Of a stretch of DNA of 33,467 nucleotides, positions 26,301-33,467 are shown piece after piece. Below the pieces are notes generated by a model, which saw nothing but the letters and a program-made list of their open reading frames with translations, searched no databases and had not been told where the DNA came from. Position 1 is the stretch's first letter. Each line of letters opens with the position of its first letter. A program made the position numbers and the translations under genes. The stretch comes from Myxococcota bacterium. Its GTDB lineage: Bacteria; Myxococcota; SpSt-1050. The stretch is taken from assembly GCA_049969675.1 (NCBI GenBank), contig JBMFOP010000023.1, positions 1 to 33,467 on the forward strand, given 5' to 3'.

Positions 26301-28810
26301 ACTATCTGACTTGTATTGTCAGGTGTGGTCTCAAAATCTGAATCCACAAAGAGCATATCCTTATCATTTGCAATGATTCCTCTGATCTGCCCCTTGCCAG
26401 CCCCGTCAGAGACAAATATCTCAAAGCCCTTTAATTCATCTATATTGAAATCTGCCCCTCCGATCTTTATACTCCTTCTATCGGCTGAACTCACAGTAGA
26501 TTTTAATATATCAGCGGATTCTACTATAATATATTCTGAGCCAGTATCGGGCTGTGTGGTAAATGGAGTACCAACTTTTATTGTGTCTTTTGTATTTGAT
26601 ATAATCTCATACTCTTCACCAGAGGCCTTCCCTCGTAGAAATCTAATTAATCTCCCTTTGAGCTCATCGTCTGCAAAGCTCTTACTGGTGTCTGTAATTG
26701 AATCCGTACCTGAAGAAACAACCATCCCGGACGAGAGATATCTCCTGTAATAATAGAATGGCTCATCAGTGCTGAGCGGTTCTATCAGATTTGCACCACC
26801 TGAAAGAGAAAGGGCTGGTTTAAGTAGTGTATAACTGAATGTATTATCAGGTGCGCAGGCAGGATTTTCACTAATCTCAAACGACTTCTCTGTATTGCCC
26901 AGAACAAATGCCGAACATGTAGAGCTACCCTTCTCAAAGTGCAGAATATATCCCCTAAATGCATCTGGAATCATATGTGCACTATCGTCTGTAATCACCT
27001 TATCGTTCACAGATGTGATACTGCCACTCTGCACTTCATATAACAATGTATCAGTCCCGAAGGCTCGGTTGAATCTGACTCTTAACATAGAATAAATTCC
27101 ATTATTTACACTCTTATCCTCTGGACTCAGAGATGTTACAAAGAATGGTTCAACACCCTCTGTGGTAAAATAATAACTTAAAGGCAACCTCAGATATCCA
27201 CTATTCTGAGTCGCCTCAAGAGATGCTATCCCCTCTTTTAATTCAACCCTGTACTTGTGTAGATAATCAAGGGGGTATTTAGGTGTAAATATAACAGTAT
27301 TCGGCGCATCTGAATCAACCTTAAAAGGACTCTGTGCATCAATCGGTTCTATGAGTAAGATATTATTCTCATCTGTAATATCTGTCACTCTGAATGTATA
27401 ATCATTTGAGGAGATGTCGGCTGGATATTTCATCGTATCCATATTGACTGCCTCAGAGAAGGTAATCCTGATATCTGTCCTGATACTTACATCTCTTGAT
27501 TCAATATCCGGTGCCACATTTACAATCAATAACTCGGGTGGGTCAATAGTAGAGAATATAGAGATATAATCGGATTCTCCATTGTTTAGATACCCCTGAG
27601 AGTTTTTAAGTGCTTCTGGGGGATTTATGAGATTACTCCCTCGCACAGATTGAATCTTTGACTTCAGTGTAACTCTTATAATTCTTGAATATTTAAGATC
27701 AACAATGCTCTCTCCATCTGAAGGATTTACATTGACAAGAGTTAGTATCTTATTTTCAGAATCCCATTCTCCCTTCATATAGAGAGGTATTATGTTATTT
27801 ATATCAGTAATATCCTCAACAAGGAGTGTCGCTGTATCTTTAAGTGAACTCTCATCTCCACCTTTATTGAAGAATATAACCGAATTTGTATTTACTGCCT
27901 CAGAGAACTTTATCACAATCTTTGAGTTAAGTGTAACACTCCCTGCACCATTTGCTGGAGAGATTGAGACCACATTGAACCTATCAAGTAACCTTGTTGA
28001 AAAATCAACTGTATAGTCAGCCCTTAGATGACCATAATATGTATTCTCTACCTTATCTCCAAAATCCTTTGCCCTTTGTGAACGAATCTGTGTGGAGAGA
28101 ATCAGTCTCACAAATCTTGCATAGCCAAAATCCTTCTCCGGTTTGAAGGTCGCAATGACCCTCTTCTCATCAAATGTCCAGCTCCCTGCAATTGGACTAT
28201 TACATTTCCCATCTGTAAATGCATCCTTTGAGCCCATATCACAGACTACAAATGTAGTTGTCTGGTCAAAGCTCGGCGGTGTATTGTCCACTGCCTCAGA
28301 GAATGTAATTACAATATTTGCATCAGGCTCCACACCATTTGCACCATTTGATGGATATACTGAAAGAACCTTCAGGTCATCTATATATTCCGTGGTAAAC
28401 AGAGCAGAGATCTCCCGTGCGAGCCTCCCACCTTTTGAATCCTTTGTATCCACTTTTGTAACTCCCGATTTTACCCTTATCATATATTGCGTCCCAAAAT
28501 TCAGGCTCTTCCTGGGCTTCAGTGTAACTGTATTGCTCTCCTTTGTATAAGTAAGTTCTGTCTCAACTTTGAGGCTCTCATCCTTTTTGGAATAGTCATA
28601 AAGAACCACATTCTCAGCCAGCGTGGATTCCACCACCTCTTCAGAGAATACCACCCTGATAATCACATCCCTTGAGACATTCGTTGCCGAATCAGTTGGA
28701 GAGATATACACTACCCTCAAAGGCGAATCCACTCCCACCACAAATGGCTGGTCACTACAGGAGAGAATGAAGATTAAGAGTAGAGATAAAAGGCATAAAA
28801 ACTTTTTCAT
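20378..28810 (-). CDS. Giant surface lipoprotein with about 19 Big_5 (SbsA-type) Ig-like domains and five inserted modules
   Basis: Lipobox ILSC(18). Recurring P-x-(L/V)-xx-(V/I)-x-P-x-D/N-G...I-x-I-x-F-(S/N)-E-x-(V/I) with L-x-Y-x-T-x-Y and F-x-T ends. AGGAGG SD. Confidence 0.88.
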   Translation of the reverse strand: MKKFLCLLSLLLIFILSCSDQPFVVGVDSPLRVVYISPTDSATNVSRDVIIRVVFSEEVVESTLAENVVLYDYSKKDESLKVETELTYTKESNTVTLKPRKSLNFGTQYMIRVKSGVTKVDTKDSKGGRLAREISALFTTEYIDDLKVLSVYPSNGANGVEPDANIVITFSEAVDNTPPSFDQTTTFVVCDMGSKDAFTDGKCNSPIAGSWTFDEKRVIATFKPEKDFGYARFVRLILSTQIRSQRAKDFGDKVENTYYGHLRADYTVDFSTRLLDRFNVVSISPANGAGSVTLNSKIVIKFSEAVNTNSVIFFNKGGDESSLKDTATLLVEDITDINNIIPLYMKGEWDSENKILTLVNVNPSDGESIVDLKYSRIIRVTLKSKIQSVRGSNLINPPEALKNSQGYLNNGESDYISIFSTIDPPELLIVNVAPDIESRDVSIRTDIRITFSEAVNMDTMKYPADISSNDYTFRVTDITDENNILLIEPIDAQSPFKVDSDAPNTVIFTPKYPLDYLHKYRVELKEGIASLEATQNSGYLRLPLSYYFTTEGVEPFFVTSLSPEDKSVNNGIYSMLRVRFNRAFGTDTLLYEVQSGSITSVNDKVITDDSAHMIPDAFRGYILHFEKGSSTCSAFVLGNTEKSFEISENPACAPDNTFSYTLLKPALSLSGGANLIEPLSTDEPFYYYRRYLSSGMVVSSGTDSITDTSKSFADDELKGRLIRFLRGKASGEEYEIISNTKDTIKVGTPFTTQPDTGSEYIIVESADILKSTVSSADRRSIKIGGADFNIDELKGFEIFVSDGAGKGQIRGIIANDKDMLFVDSDFETTPDNTSQIVIREAREFIYVPKRTFAYGATINGRINDIVTAAIIDSKDGRLDELNFSFGIVLAPELAIKSVSPSDMSDNIDTEVTIKVFFSEAVDPATIKKESNNIVLLDGSLTPVDFTILPVGSETDNIEIIPVKTALNQPRLKYSEKYTLVLKSQITSLRGGSLGNDYSFTFKTIDPPPLSLLYSYPSAADGVITTGIKRETTPNSGVPTSFVFAFSEGVRQININSSSLKVEDVSTLSNPFDINQSGTPIQYDLTFNEDDTPLDGSRGVGADNIMTITPSDLLNYSTVVRIIIKGEDDPIGVNCADSSSCKTTGIFTGDRVTNEGGQLRNTLMIVFRIEDPEPLRIIQTYSENGNLYLKRDNGGKTESVFVKFTEGVKQSSFTLNNTVFFEDVTGVADPINGNAISNIAADISFYNNQGTIQSDLPTTTDMIGRDTIAKITPQGLLGYATILRLRIKGANPPSFSGVYSDRATGINGQLPICTPDSGYNCNSNGEYVYLFKVEGINDLYVRSITPGDGSTGIPYDSKEIVIVFSEPVDCTTINSTNIRIETIFPSTSPISGTFVCNQEIVTFTANQNFGYSKDMRVTISNAVRSFNAQYVNSNADPLIGHLRSSVAATFSTIDPPAPYIVSMNPGPISTNVQREAEVQITFNEALDPASVNTTNFSMTDTTTMNILSCSTLELINSGTTIRCVPQSLFDYSHNISVTLTGGPSGIRSLIATTRGGWFNPVPNPYSYTFRIIDIPELTVLATNFSGSETFAPNANLQIIFNSYVNFSDIVGNSSDISDDRIFLVKASDVNTRIPVLLENPIAGGESSPSTIRITPLSALEYSTSYSVIVMGGYPDGVCRPERNLFNNGGCITDMSIGGTDYKGLRFDFAVSSAPGLAIESVIPADNSTGVDRRPEIRIVFNNDIQFATVDGNICLTKGANISTDCSGPLAIPLQPFAQIDPKTVSTYPLSDLDYDTTYTIVITKGVVDIYGDTLDSYYTSIFTTITSTLVQDIVVWDGTQYNNSTFFDLDDMHIRVRFTEDMDVSTINNGTVYLTYQDEFQNIVRLDGNISWDVVPNDKKVMYFKPDMFNLFSCDGQEIYAWGNDGKSSISPSNLFSSPSYSFDSSYIGKILFISGSLNGYNGYYDISGVSGGSLILEGADFKVAENSLKFTIMNSKPVIPYNTTFRFHITANVFNADHSKNVAPSAGNYELLKDFKSVSEPKIKEVVYSNSIIRKGGEYFYVTDTNLFDAKDVPVVSKLKIKFNEEIDPTTVNYRDIILSDLWASDGSITAGSDLFKITSSSFSSTDVGKYIWVFLRDRISGPHQIVAFVDANTVKVDTTFATSLSNLYFIKGLNANLPDVITLADSNKTIVFDTNKLASHLDYSKNYRLVMMGKSRLNYNYYVKTKSGNFIKGILNVDFTTSDETTVVFNPVDWSSTNNEINDPMLFVAIFSRDVDIASVDENSFYVVQNGEKLPALFAYYTDFPKIVTMIPIPAFKTGTNADFYVNQRVRDYRGNPLSREWRSTLTVSSAPGGAALTLENPTVTPTSGSIIKANQTITLKWAFAGGNFRDLILPTSFNNYSIKLKNNTDGSFVLVDTRLIPGGNNGDTVEIKPRENLRGGASYTLTIDMSKCANLYRLPGSGILTYNYTVENTAPQILAAGPTGPSNPALSKIWIAFNEEIDMKTVNYNTITLTDLASGSQVYGVYEQIYESITGRWIIYFIPSTPLRNNLSGYQVTVKSGNTGVKDLGGTSLLLDYNYSFSIDNISPQVISVNPPDGSSGVAVDSEIVVTFNEAIMPSSVYGSTESSTGTFNVTYTSACRSIKHTYGCIKLSTDFTSVRFIPALPDRLIGDRNYSVDIDETRVSDLAGNVMNVVDLRPVSTFTTKSDVPVLSCVIPPPASNQPFVLFFNEEVDYSAPNSVIVYRVSDGNSVAINLSGVMGAVGYEVSVSEQSGDWASGDYGYIVTKSIKDIDGNSLPIEYNGYFTIP

Positions 28811-28823
28811 ATTCTAATCCTCC

Positions 28824-30005
28824 TTAAAAGACAAGTTTATATCCAATATACAGATTTGATCCGCCTATATTGCCAGTCTCACCTATATCTACCTTCGTGT
28901 CATATTTGAGATATGCGCTTGAATATCTGATTTCTGATACAATAAATCCATAACCAGGAGATATCTGTGCCCCGGCGCCAAGAAAATATCCGTATGCAAT
29001 ACCGTCAGAATAACTCTCCCCCTCAAACACCTTTGATGTAGAATAAGACAATACAATAGAACCTCCTCCATTTACAAATATACCTACCGGGATATTCTTA
29101 ATAGGCAATAGATACTCCGCCCCGATAAAGATTGGGATGTTAGTTATAGAGAATGAATAATCAAATAGCCCGATCTCAGCATCAAGATTTTTCCCGCTAC
29201 CTGAGAGAGGATAATATCCAGCCTCCACACCAAATGCAAGACGGTTATGAAGCAGAGGGCTGATATATTTTAAATCCAGAGAAAATGCATAGGTAGAATC
29301 TACCCTGCTCGTTGGGACCAGAACATTTGCTTTGAGTGCTACACTAAAATATCTCTTTGCCCCTTTCTCCTCCTCCTTTACAACCCTTCTCTCCTCAACC
29401 AGCGGCTTTTTGTCAGTTACTCTCTCGGCTATGATTACCTTCTCAGATGAGCTCTTCGGCGCTTTCAGAGGAATGGGCTCTATAGGGATATCTGATACCT
29501 CTGGCTTTGCAAGTAACTGCGGCTCCTCTTTTTCAGACTTATATATCTTCAGAATAAGCCCTTCTGAGAGCTCTTGCGGTCTGGAGATTTGATAGATATG
29601 CTCTCCCTCAGGCACCTTTATCTGGATCCATCTGTGTTCACTCGCCCAGTATGTACCCTCTGTGATGATCTCGATCTTTCTATTCTGCTTCTTTGGTTCC
29701 AGTTTTAGGGTGTATTCATTTATTGACCTGAATCCACCATCTCTTAAATATGTAAAATTAAAACTTACCTGTCCCTTCTTATCAAGCGGGACCAATGCCC
29801 TGAACTTGATATTTATAAACATCGGTCCCTTTGCCTTAATTACAAGGTCCCCATCTGATTTTAGATGGATATATTTCTGCACCTTCCCCTGTTCAGAGAT
29901 TGAGAAATCTGAGTGTTTACTCGTAATCTGCATATCCTGTGAAAAGATGGTCAAGGGGAAATGCGTCAGGATAACAATAAGAATGAAGCTCCTTAAAATC
30001 TTCAT
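28824..30005 (-). CDS. Outer-membrane beta-barrel protein (about 8 strands, OmpA/OmpW-like) with N-terminal soluble domain and Pro/charged linker
   Basis: AAGGAG SD before ATG 30005, signal peptide, amphipathic beta strands from YFSVALKANV onward, BAM-type C-terminus LYIGYKLVF. Confidence 0.78.
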   Translation of the reverse strand: MKILRSFILIVILTHFPLTIFSQDMQITSKHSDFSISEQGKVQKYIHLKSDGDLVIKAKGPMFINIKFRALVPLDKKGQVSFNFTYLRDGGFRSINEYTLKLEPKKQNRKIEIITEGTYWASEHRWIQIKVPEGEHIYQISRPQELSEGLILKIYKSEKEEPQLLAKPEVSDIPIEPIPLKAPKSSSEKVIIAERVTDKKPLVEERRVVKEEEKGAKRYFSVALKANVLVPTSRVDSTYAFSLDLKYISPLLHNRLAFGVEAGYYPLSGSGKNLDAEIGLFDYSFSITNIPIFIGAEYLLPIKNIPVGIFVNGGGSIVLSYSTSKVFEGESYSDGIAYGYFLGAGAQISPGYGFIVSEIRYSSAYLKYDTKVDIGETGNIGGSNLYIGYKLVF

Positions 30006-30015
30006 AACAGACTCC

Positions 30016-33000
30016 TTATTTATATAACAGGATCTTTGAGACAAAATCCCCAAACTCTCTATAAAATGGAGATGCAATGATCAACCTTTCAAACCCTCCA
30101 TCCTCAATTACTACAGATGAAAATCCAAGTGAGCCAAATGAATATTCAGCTCCAAAGAGAGGGGATTCATTAAGCGTTAATCCAGATATATCCTCTCTAC
30201 CCTCAATCAAATATACTCTTCCTATCTTTTCATCTGAAACAATAAGGTCATTACAACCTGTATTGATACTACCTTTGCATCCATCCTTAAGATAATCATG
30301 AGCCGATTGGAGATAGAAGCCGAAATTCCCACCGCTCTCACCAGAAATCTCAATAAGATTTTGAGTCTTACTATCTCTTATAAAGACCACTCCTCTATTA
30401 TTTACCTCATCCCTCCCACTCAAGACCAGTTCAATCCTGCTATCGCCATTCATATCAAGGGTCAGAATATTATATCCGAGTCTCATATAATCTCTGGTTC
30501 CATTTATGACCAGATCTACATTATCAACATTTGTATTCTGAATTGAGCATCCACCTACACCAGAGGTAGAATAGAATATATAAACCTTCCCTCTACTCAA
30601 CTCATCAGCATCTAAGGATGAGATGATGATATCTGAACATCCATCATTATTTATATCCCCGGAGGCCACACTATAGCCAAATGAAGAGCCTGTAATCTTC
30701 CCCTTTATTGAGAGATTACCCGTCTGTGGAATCTGAGAGATCTCGTTATTGTAAAACACATAAACTGAGCCGCTTGAAAGTTCACCATCAGCAGGGGCTC
30801 CTATCAGGAGATTCTCCTTACCGGTAAAGATAATAGTTGAGATAGATGACCCAAACATTGAATCCCTATTCCCGGGGGATAATCTCTTCGGCTCTGACTC
30901 ATTAAATACGCAACTGCCTCCGCTCTTTATCTGAGGATAGATATATACTGCACCCTCTCTATCCTCTCCATCAAGTGGAGCAGATATTACTAAGTCCTTG
31001 CAACCATCGTTATTTATATCAACTGCATCTACTTTATATCCGAATAATGAGCCGTCATATTTGCCGAATATCCTGTAAACTATATCCAGATTGTCACCAG
31101 AAATCTTGTAAATATAAACCGCACCTGTTCTCTTTTGTTGATACAACTCATCTGTATCACCGGTAATTAATACCTTCTCACCATTGAAATTATCTACAAA
31201 TTTCATTGAATATCCCAGATATTTGCTCCCCTCTAACATCACCTTATTCTCCGATAAGATGCCAGCCTTAAGGAGATTTGAGTATACAAAGTTTGTCCCA
31301 TCAGTCGCACGCAACATGAAATAATAAGGTTTGTTATATATTATTGGCACCTCGTTGTTATCTTTATCTACAAATGAATATAATATAATATTCTGAATAT
31401 CTCCGGGATTTGAGGGGGTGGGTATCTGTGAGAGTTCGGTCATATCTGCAAATTCACTCTTATCAAAAGGTCTGTCTGAATATACAAGGGAATACCCCTT
31501 AACTTTACCTGAAAGTTTCCCATTTATCTCATCTGCAGCGGGTGACCTCCATTCAATAATAAAACCCCTTCTATAGTCCTCTTCAGGGTTCAATATAGGT
31601 TTTGAATATATTACAATATCTGAAGGCGGATTGTTGTCAGGGATGGGAGCAACAGTAAATGTTGAAACAAAATCCTTATCCATCCGGATACCTGAGATAT
31701 CTGAGAGAAAGTTCTTAACCTGAATGGTGTAAGTATTATTAGAGAGAAGTGGAGATAGAAGATTGACTTTTAACCGCCTGCTATCTACAATTTTCAGACC
31801 AAATGGAAGGGTGGGTGAAATATTGAAGTAAGAAATGTCAAGATTTGAGAAGTCCATCTCCTCCGAAAATTCTATATCAATAGAACTCAGATTGTTTGGT
31901 ATATTTTGTGCCTTATCAGATGGAAATATCTTCTTTATATATGGGGCATCATATGTGGTCTTAAAACCAAAATAGTAATTCTTATCAAGATTAAAACCGG
32001 ATGTATCCTCAATCTCAGATGATGCCATCACTTTATATTCTCTATTTTCTTTAAGAGAAAAGTTTTCAATATATACTACTTTATTCTCATATCTTACCGA
32101 ATAATCGCCAATACCGGATAGAAGAATCGTGTAATTGTTAATAGTTTCTGGGTCCATCTCCTTATTAAATTCAATCTTAATCTCCTTTAAATTGTAAGGC
32201 ACATCTTGAGCACCATCCGGTGGTGTAACTGACACTATCCGTGGTCTTATGTAACCTACACTGAATGAAAAGTTGTATGTCTCACCTAAAATGATATTGG
32301 ATATATCGGTTACAAATGGCATTACTATATAATCATACCTCTTCCCCTCTTTAATGCCATTTATCAGATTTATGGTTACCGACTGCTTATCCTCTGATAG
32401 AGCCAATTCAGTGGGCTCTCCACTTACAAGAAAGTTTGAGGAATTTACACTCCTTTCATCAAGTGGTTTGTTAAATTTTATTTGAATCCCACGAAAATCG
32501 GCTATCCCCTCAACATCCACGATGGACTTATCCTCAGGGGAGACAGATAATATCTTGAGAGGCTCATAATCTGTTACAAACTCAAAGATGTAATCACCCT
32601 CTCCACTTCTCTTATCCTTATTCCCTTCAAAATCAGAGGTATCAGCTGCAACGGATATATCCTTTATACCGGCATCCTCCACATCAAGAGGATTGGACAT
32701 AATATTTCCAGAGAGATAAAATGGGAGACCGGAACTATCTTTAATAAGTTTAGAAATTACAACTCTGCATTGTGCCCCTTCTGGCAGTACCACACCCTGT
32801 TTTAATTTTATTGAGACGGTCTTCTTATCCTCTGATACTGAAATTTTGCTCTCCGGTTTAACACCGTCACAGGAGAAATCAAAAAAATCCTCAGTTATAA
32901 ATCTTTCATCAATCGCCTTGCTAAAATTTATGAGTACTGCACCTGAAGGGGCGAGGTCCCTTTGAACTCTCTTTGCCCCGTCTTTAGGGACGGTACTGAT

Positions 33001-33108
33001 TACATAGAGTAAAGAGGTATCATTATCAATCGCTACATACTCGCCCGCGCAGGAAAAAAGGATTAATAAAAAGGAAATTGTAAGAATATTTTTATGAGAT
33101 TGAGGCAT
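30016..33108 (-). CDS. Lipoprotein with four Big_5 Ig domains, FN3-like domain and FG-GAP (integrin-alpha-like) beta-propeller
   Basis: Lipobox LFSC and GGAGG SD. Four P-x-D...F-(S/N)-(K/E) domains, IEWRSPAAD...YYFMLRATD FN3-like unit, about seven FG...D-x-N-x-D-G...GAP...GAVY blades. Confidence 0.88.
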   Translation of the reverse strand: MPQSHKNILTISFLLILFSCAGEYVAIDNDTSLLYVISTVPKDGAKRVQRDLAPSGAVLINFSKAIDERFITEDFFDFSCDGVKPESKISVSEDKKTVSIKLKQGVVLPEGAQCRVVISKLIKDSSGLPFYLSGNIMSNPLDVEDAGIKDISVAADTSDFEGNKDKRSGEGDYIFEFVTDYEPLKILSVSPEDKSIVDVEGIADFRGIQIKFNKPLDERSVNSSNFLVSGEPTELALSEDKQSVTINLINGIKEGKRYDYIVMPFVTDISNIILGETYNFSFSVGYIRPRIVSVTPPDGAQDVPYNLKEIKIEFNKEMDPETINNYTILLSGIGDYSVRYENKVVYIENFSLKENREYKVMASSEIEDTSGFNLDKNYYFGFKTTYDAPYIKKIFPSDKAQNIPNNLSSIDIEFSEEMDFSNLDISYFNISPTLPFGLKIVDSRRLKVNLLSPLLSNNTYTIQVKNFLSDISGIRMDKDFVSTFTVAPIPDNNPPSDIVIYSKPILNPEEDYRRGFIIEWRSPAADEINGKLSGKVKGYSLVYSDRPFDKSEFADMTELSQIPTPSNPGDIQNIILYSFVDKDNNEVPIIYNKPYYFMLRATDGTNFVYSNLLKAGILSENKVMLEGSKYLGYSMKFVDNFNGEKVLITGDTDELYQQKRTGAVYIYKISGDNLDIVYRIFGKYDGSLFGYKVDAVDINNDGCKDLVISAPLDGEDREGAVYIYPQIKSGGSCVFNESEPKRLSPGNRDSMFGSSISTIIFTGKENLLIGAPADGELSSGSVYVFYNNEISQIPQTGNLSIKGKITGSSFGYSVASGDINNDGCSDIIISSLDADELSRGKVYIFYSTSGVGGCSIQNTNVDNVDLVINGTRDYMRLGYNILTLDMNGDSRIELVLSGRDEVNNRGVVFIRDSKTQNLIEISGESGGNFGFYLQSAHDYLKDGCKGSINTGCNDLIVSDEKIGRVYLIEGREDISGLTLNESPLFGAEYSFGSLGFSSVVIEDGGFERLIIASPFYREFGDFVSKILLYK

Positions 33109-33239
33109 GGACTCCTCCCTGGAAATTGAACAATATCAGTTAAATATTTCACAATATACCAGTATTGTCAAGTATAAGCAAAATCATCGCTATTTTAAAC
33201 ACCGTAAAAGTAATTATGTTGCTACAAATATTGCCAAAG

Positions 33240-33273
33240 CACATATGTCCAGAATACACATCTGTCCAAAATA
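33240..33273. repeat. 17-bp tandem direct repeat upstream of the surface-protein operon
   Basis: CACATATGTCCAGAATA / CACATCTGTCCAAAATA (15/17 identical), about 70 bp upstream of a minus-strand TTGACA at 33166-33171. Confidence 0.6.
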
Positions 33274-33467
33274 AATTTTAATGGGAGACTCAAAGATATT
33301 TAAGAGAAGATTTTATATGAATATGAATCACATTAGTTTTTGATAAAATTCTACAGATATTTTCAATGTATGAGTTTTACAAGGTAGTATAGGAGACGAG
33401 GGTTGATAAAGTGGTAAAAAGGATTCTGTTGTTGAGGGCAATTTGTTTTGAGAGCCAACAATCACAG

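Noticed and set aside
26049..28303. Recurring ACTGCCTC(A/T)GAGAA 14-mer as CRISPR or DGR-type repeat
   Set aside because: It encodes the FSEAV motif of the Ig domains. Spacing is irregular, and there is no RT, cas gene or adenine-specific TR/VR pair.
24405..31166. Many plus-strand ORFs (60-144 aa) within the large surface genes
   Set aside because: Expected antisense open frames from codon bias; Ser/Ile/Leu-rich with no translation signals.

Overview
AT-rich bacterial chromosomal window, densely coding, with no rRNA, tRNA, CRISPR array or IS that I can see. Several traits suggest a low-GC diderm deltaproteobacterial/Myxococcota-like organism (inference only): an F-x-Y-P-x-F-G type HU, lipoproteins with Asp/Thr-rich linkers, a C-x4-C-x9-C-x2-H 'vegetative protein'-like gene and an ECF/DUF3106-type cluster. 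Left half: two calcineurin-like metallophosphoesterases, a NUDIX hydrolase, a HEPN-MNT pair whose HEPN has lost its catalytic His, a moxR-DUF58-batD-like-batA operon that stops at a decayed low-GC islet, dedA-transglutaminase-like-xerC, a four-gene ECF sigma cluster and hup. Right half (16.7-33.1 kb, minus strand) is the best candidate for an undescribed system. A tightly coupled three-gene unit encodes an integrin-alpha-like FG-GAP propeller lipoprotein on an Ig stalk, an outer-membrane beta-barrel, and a 2810-aa lipoprotein with about 19 Big_5-like Ig domains and five inserted modules. A lipoprotein GH57 amylopullulanase with a similar Ig domain follows it. All family names come from motif recognition by eye; no searches were run.
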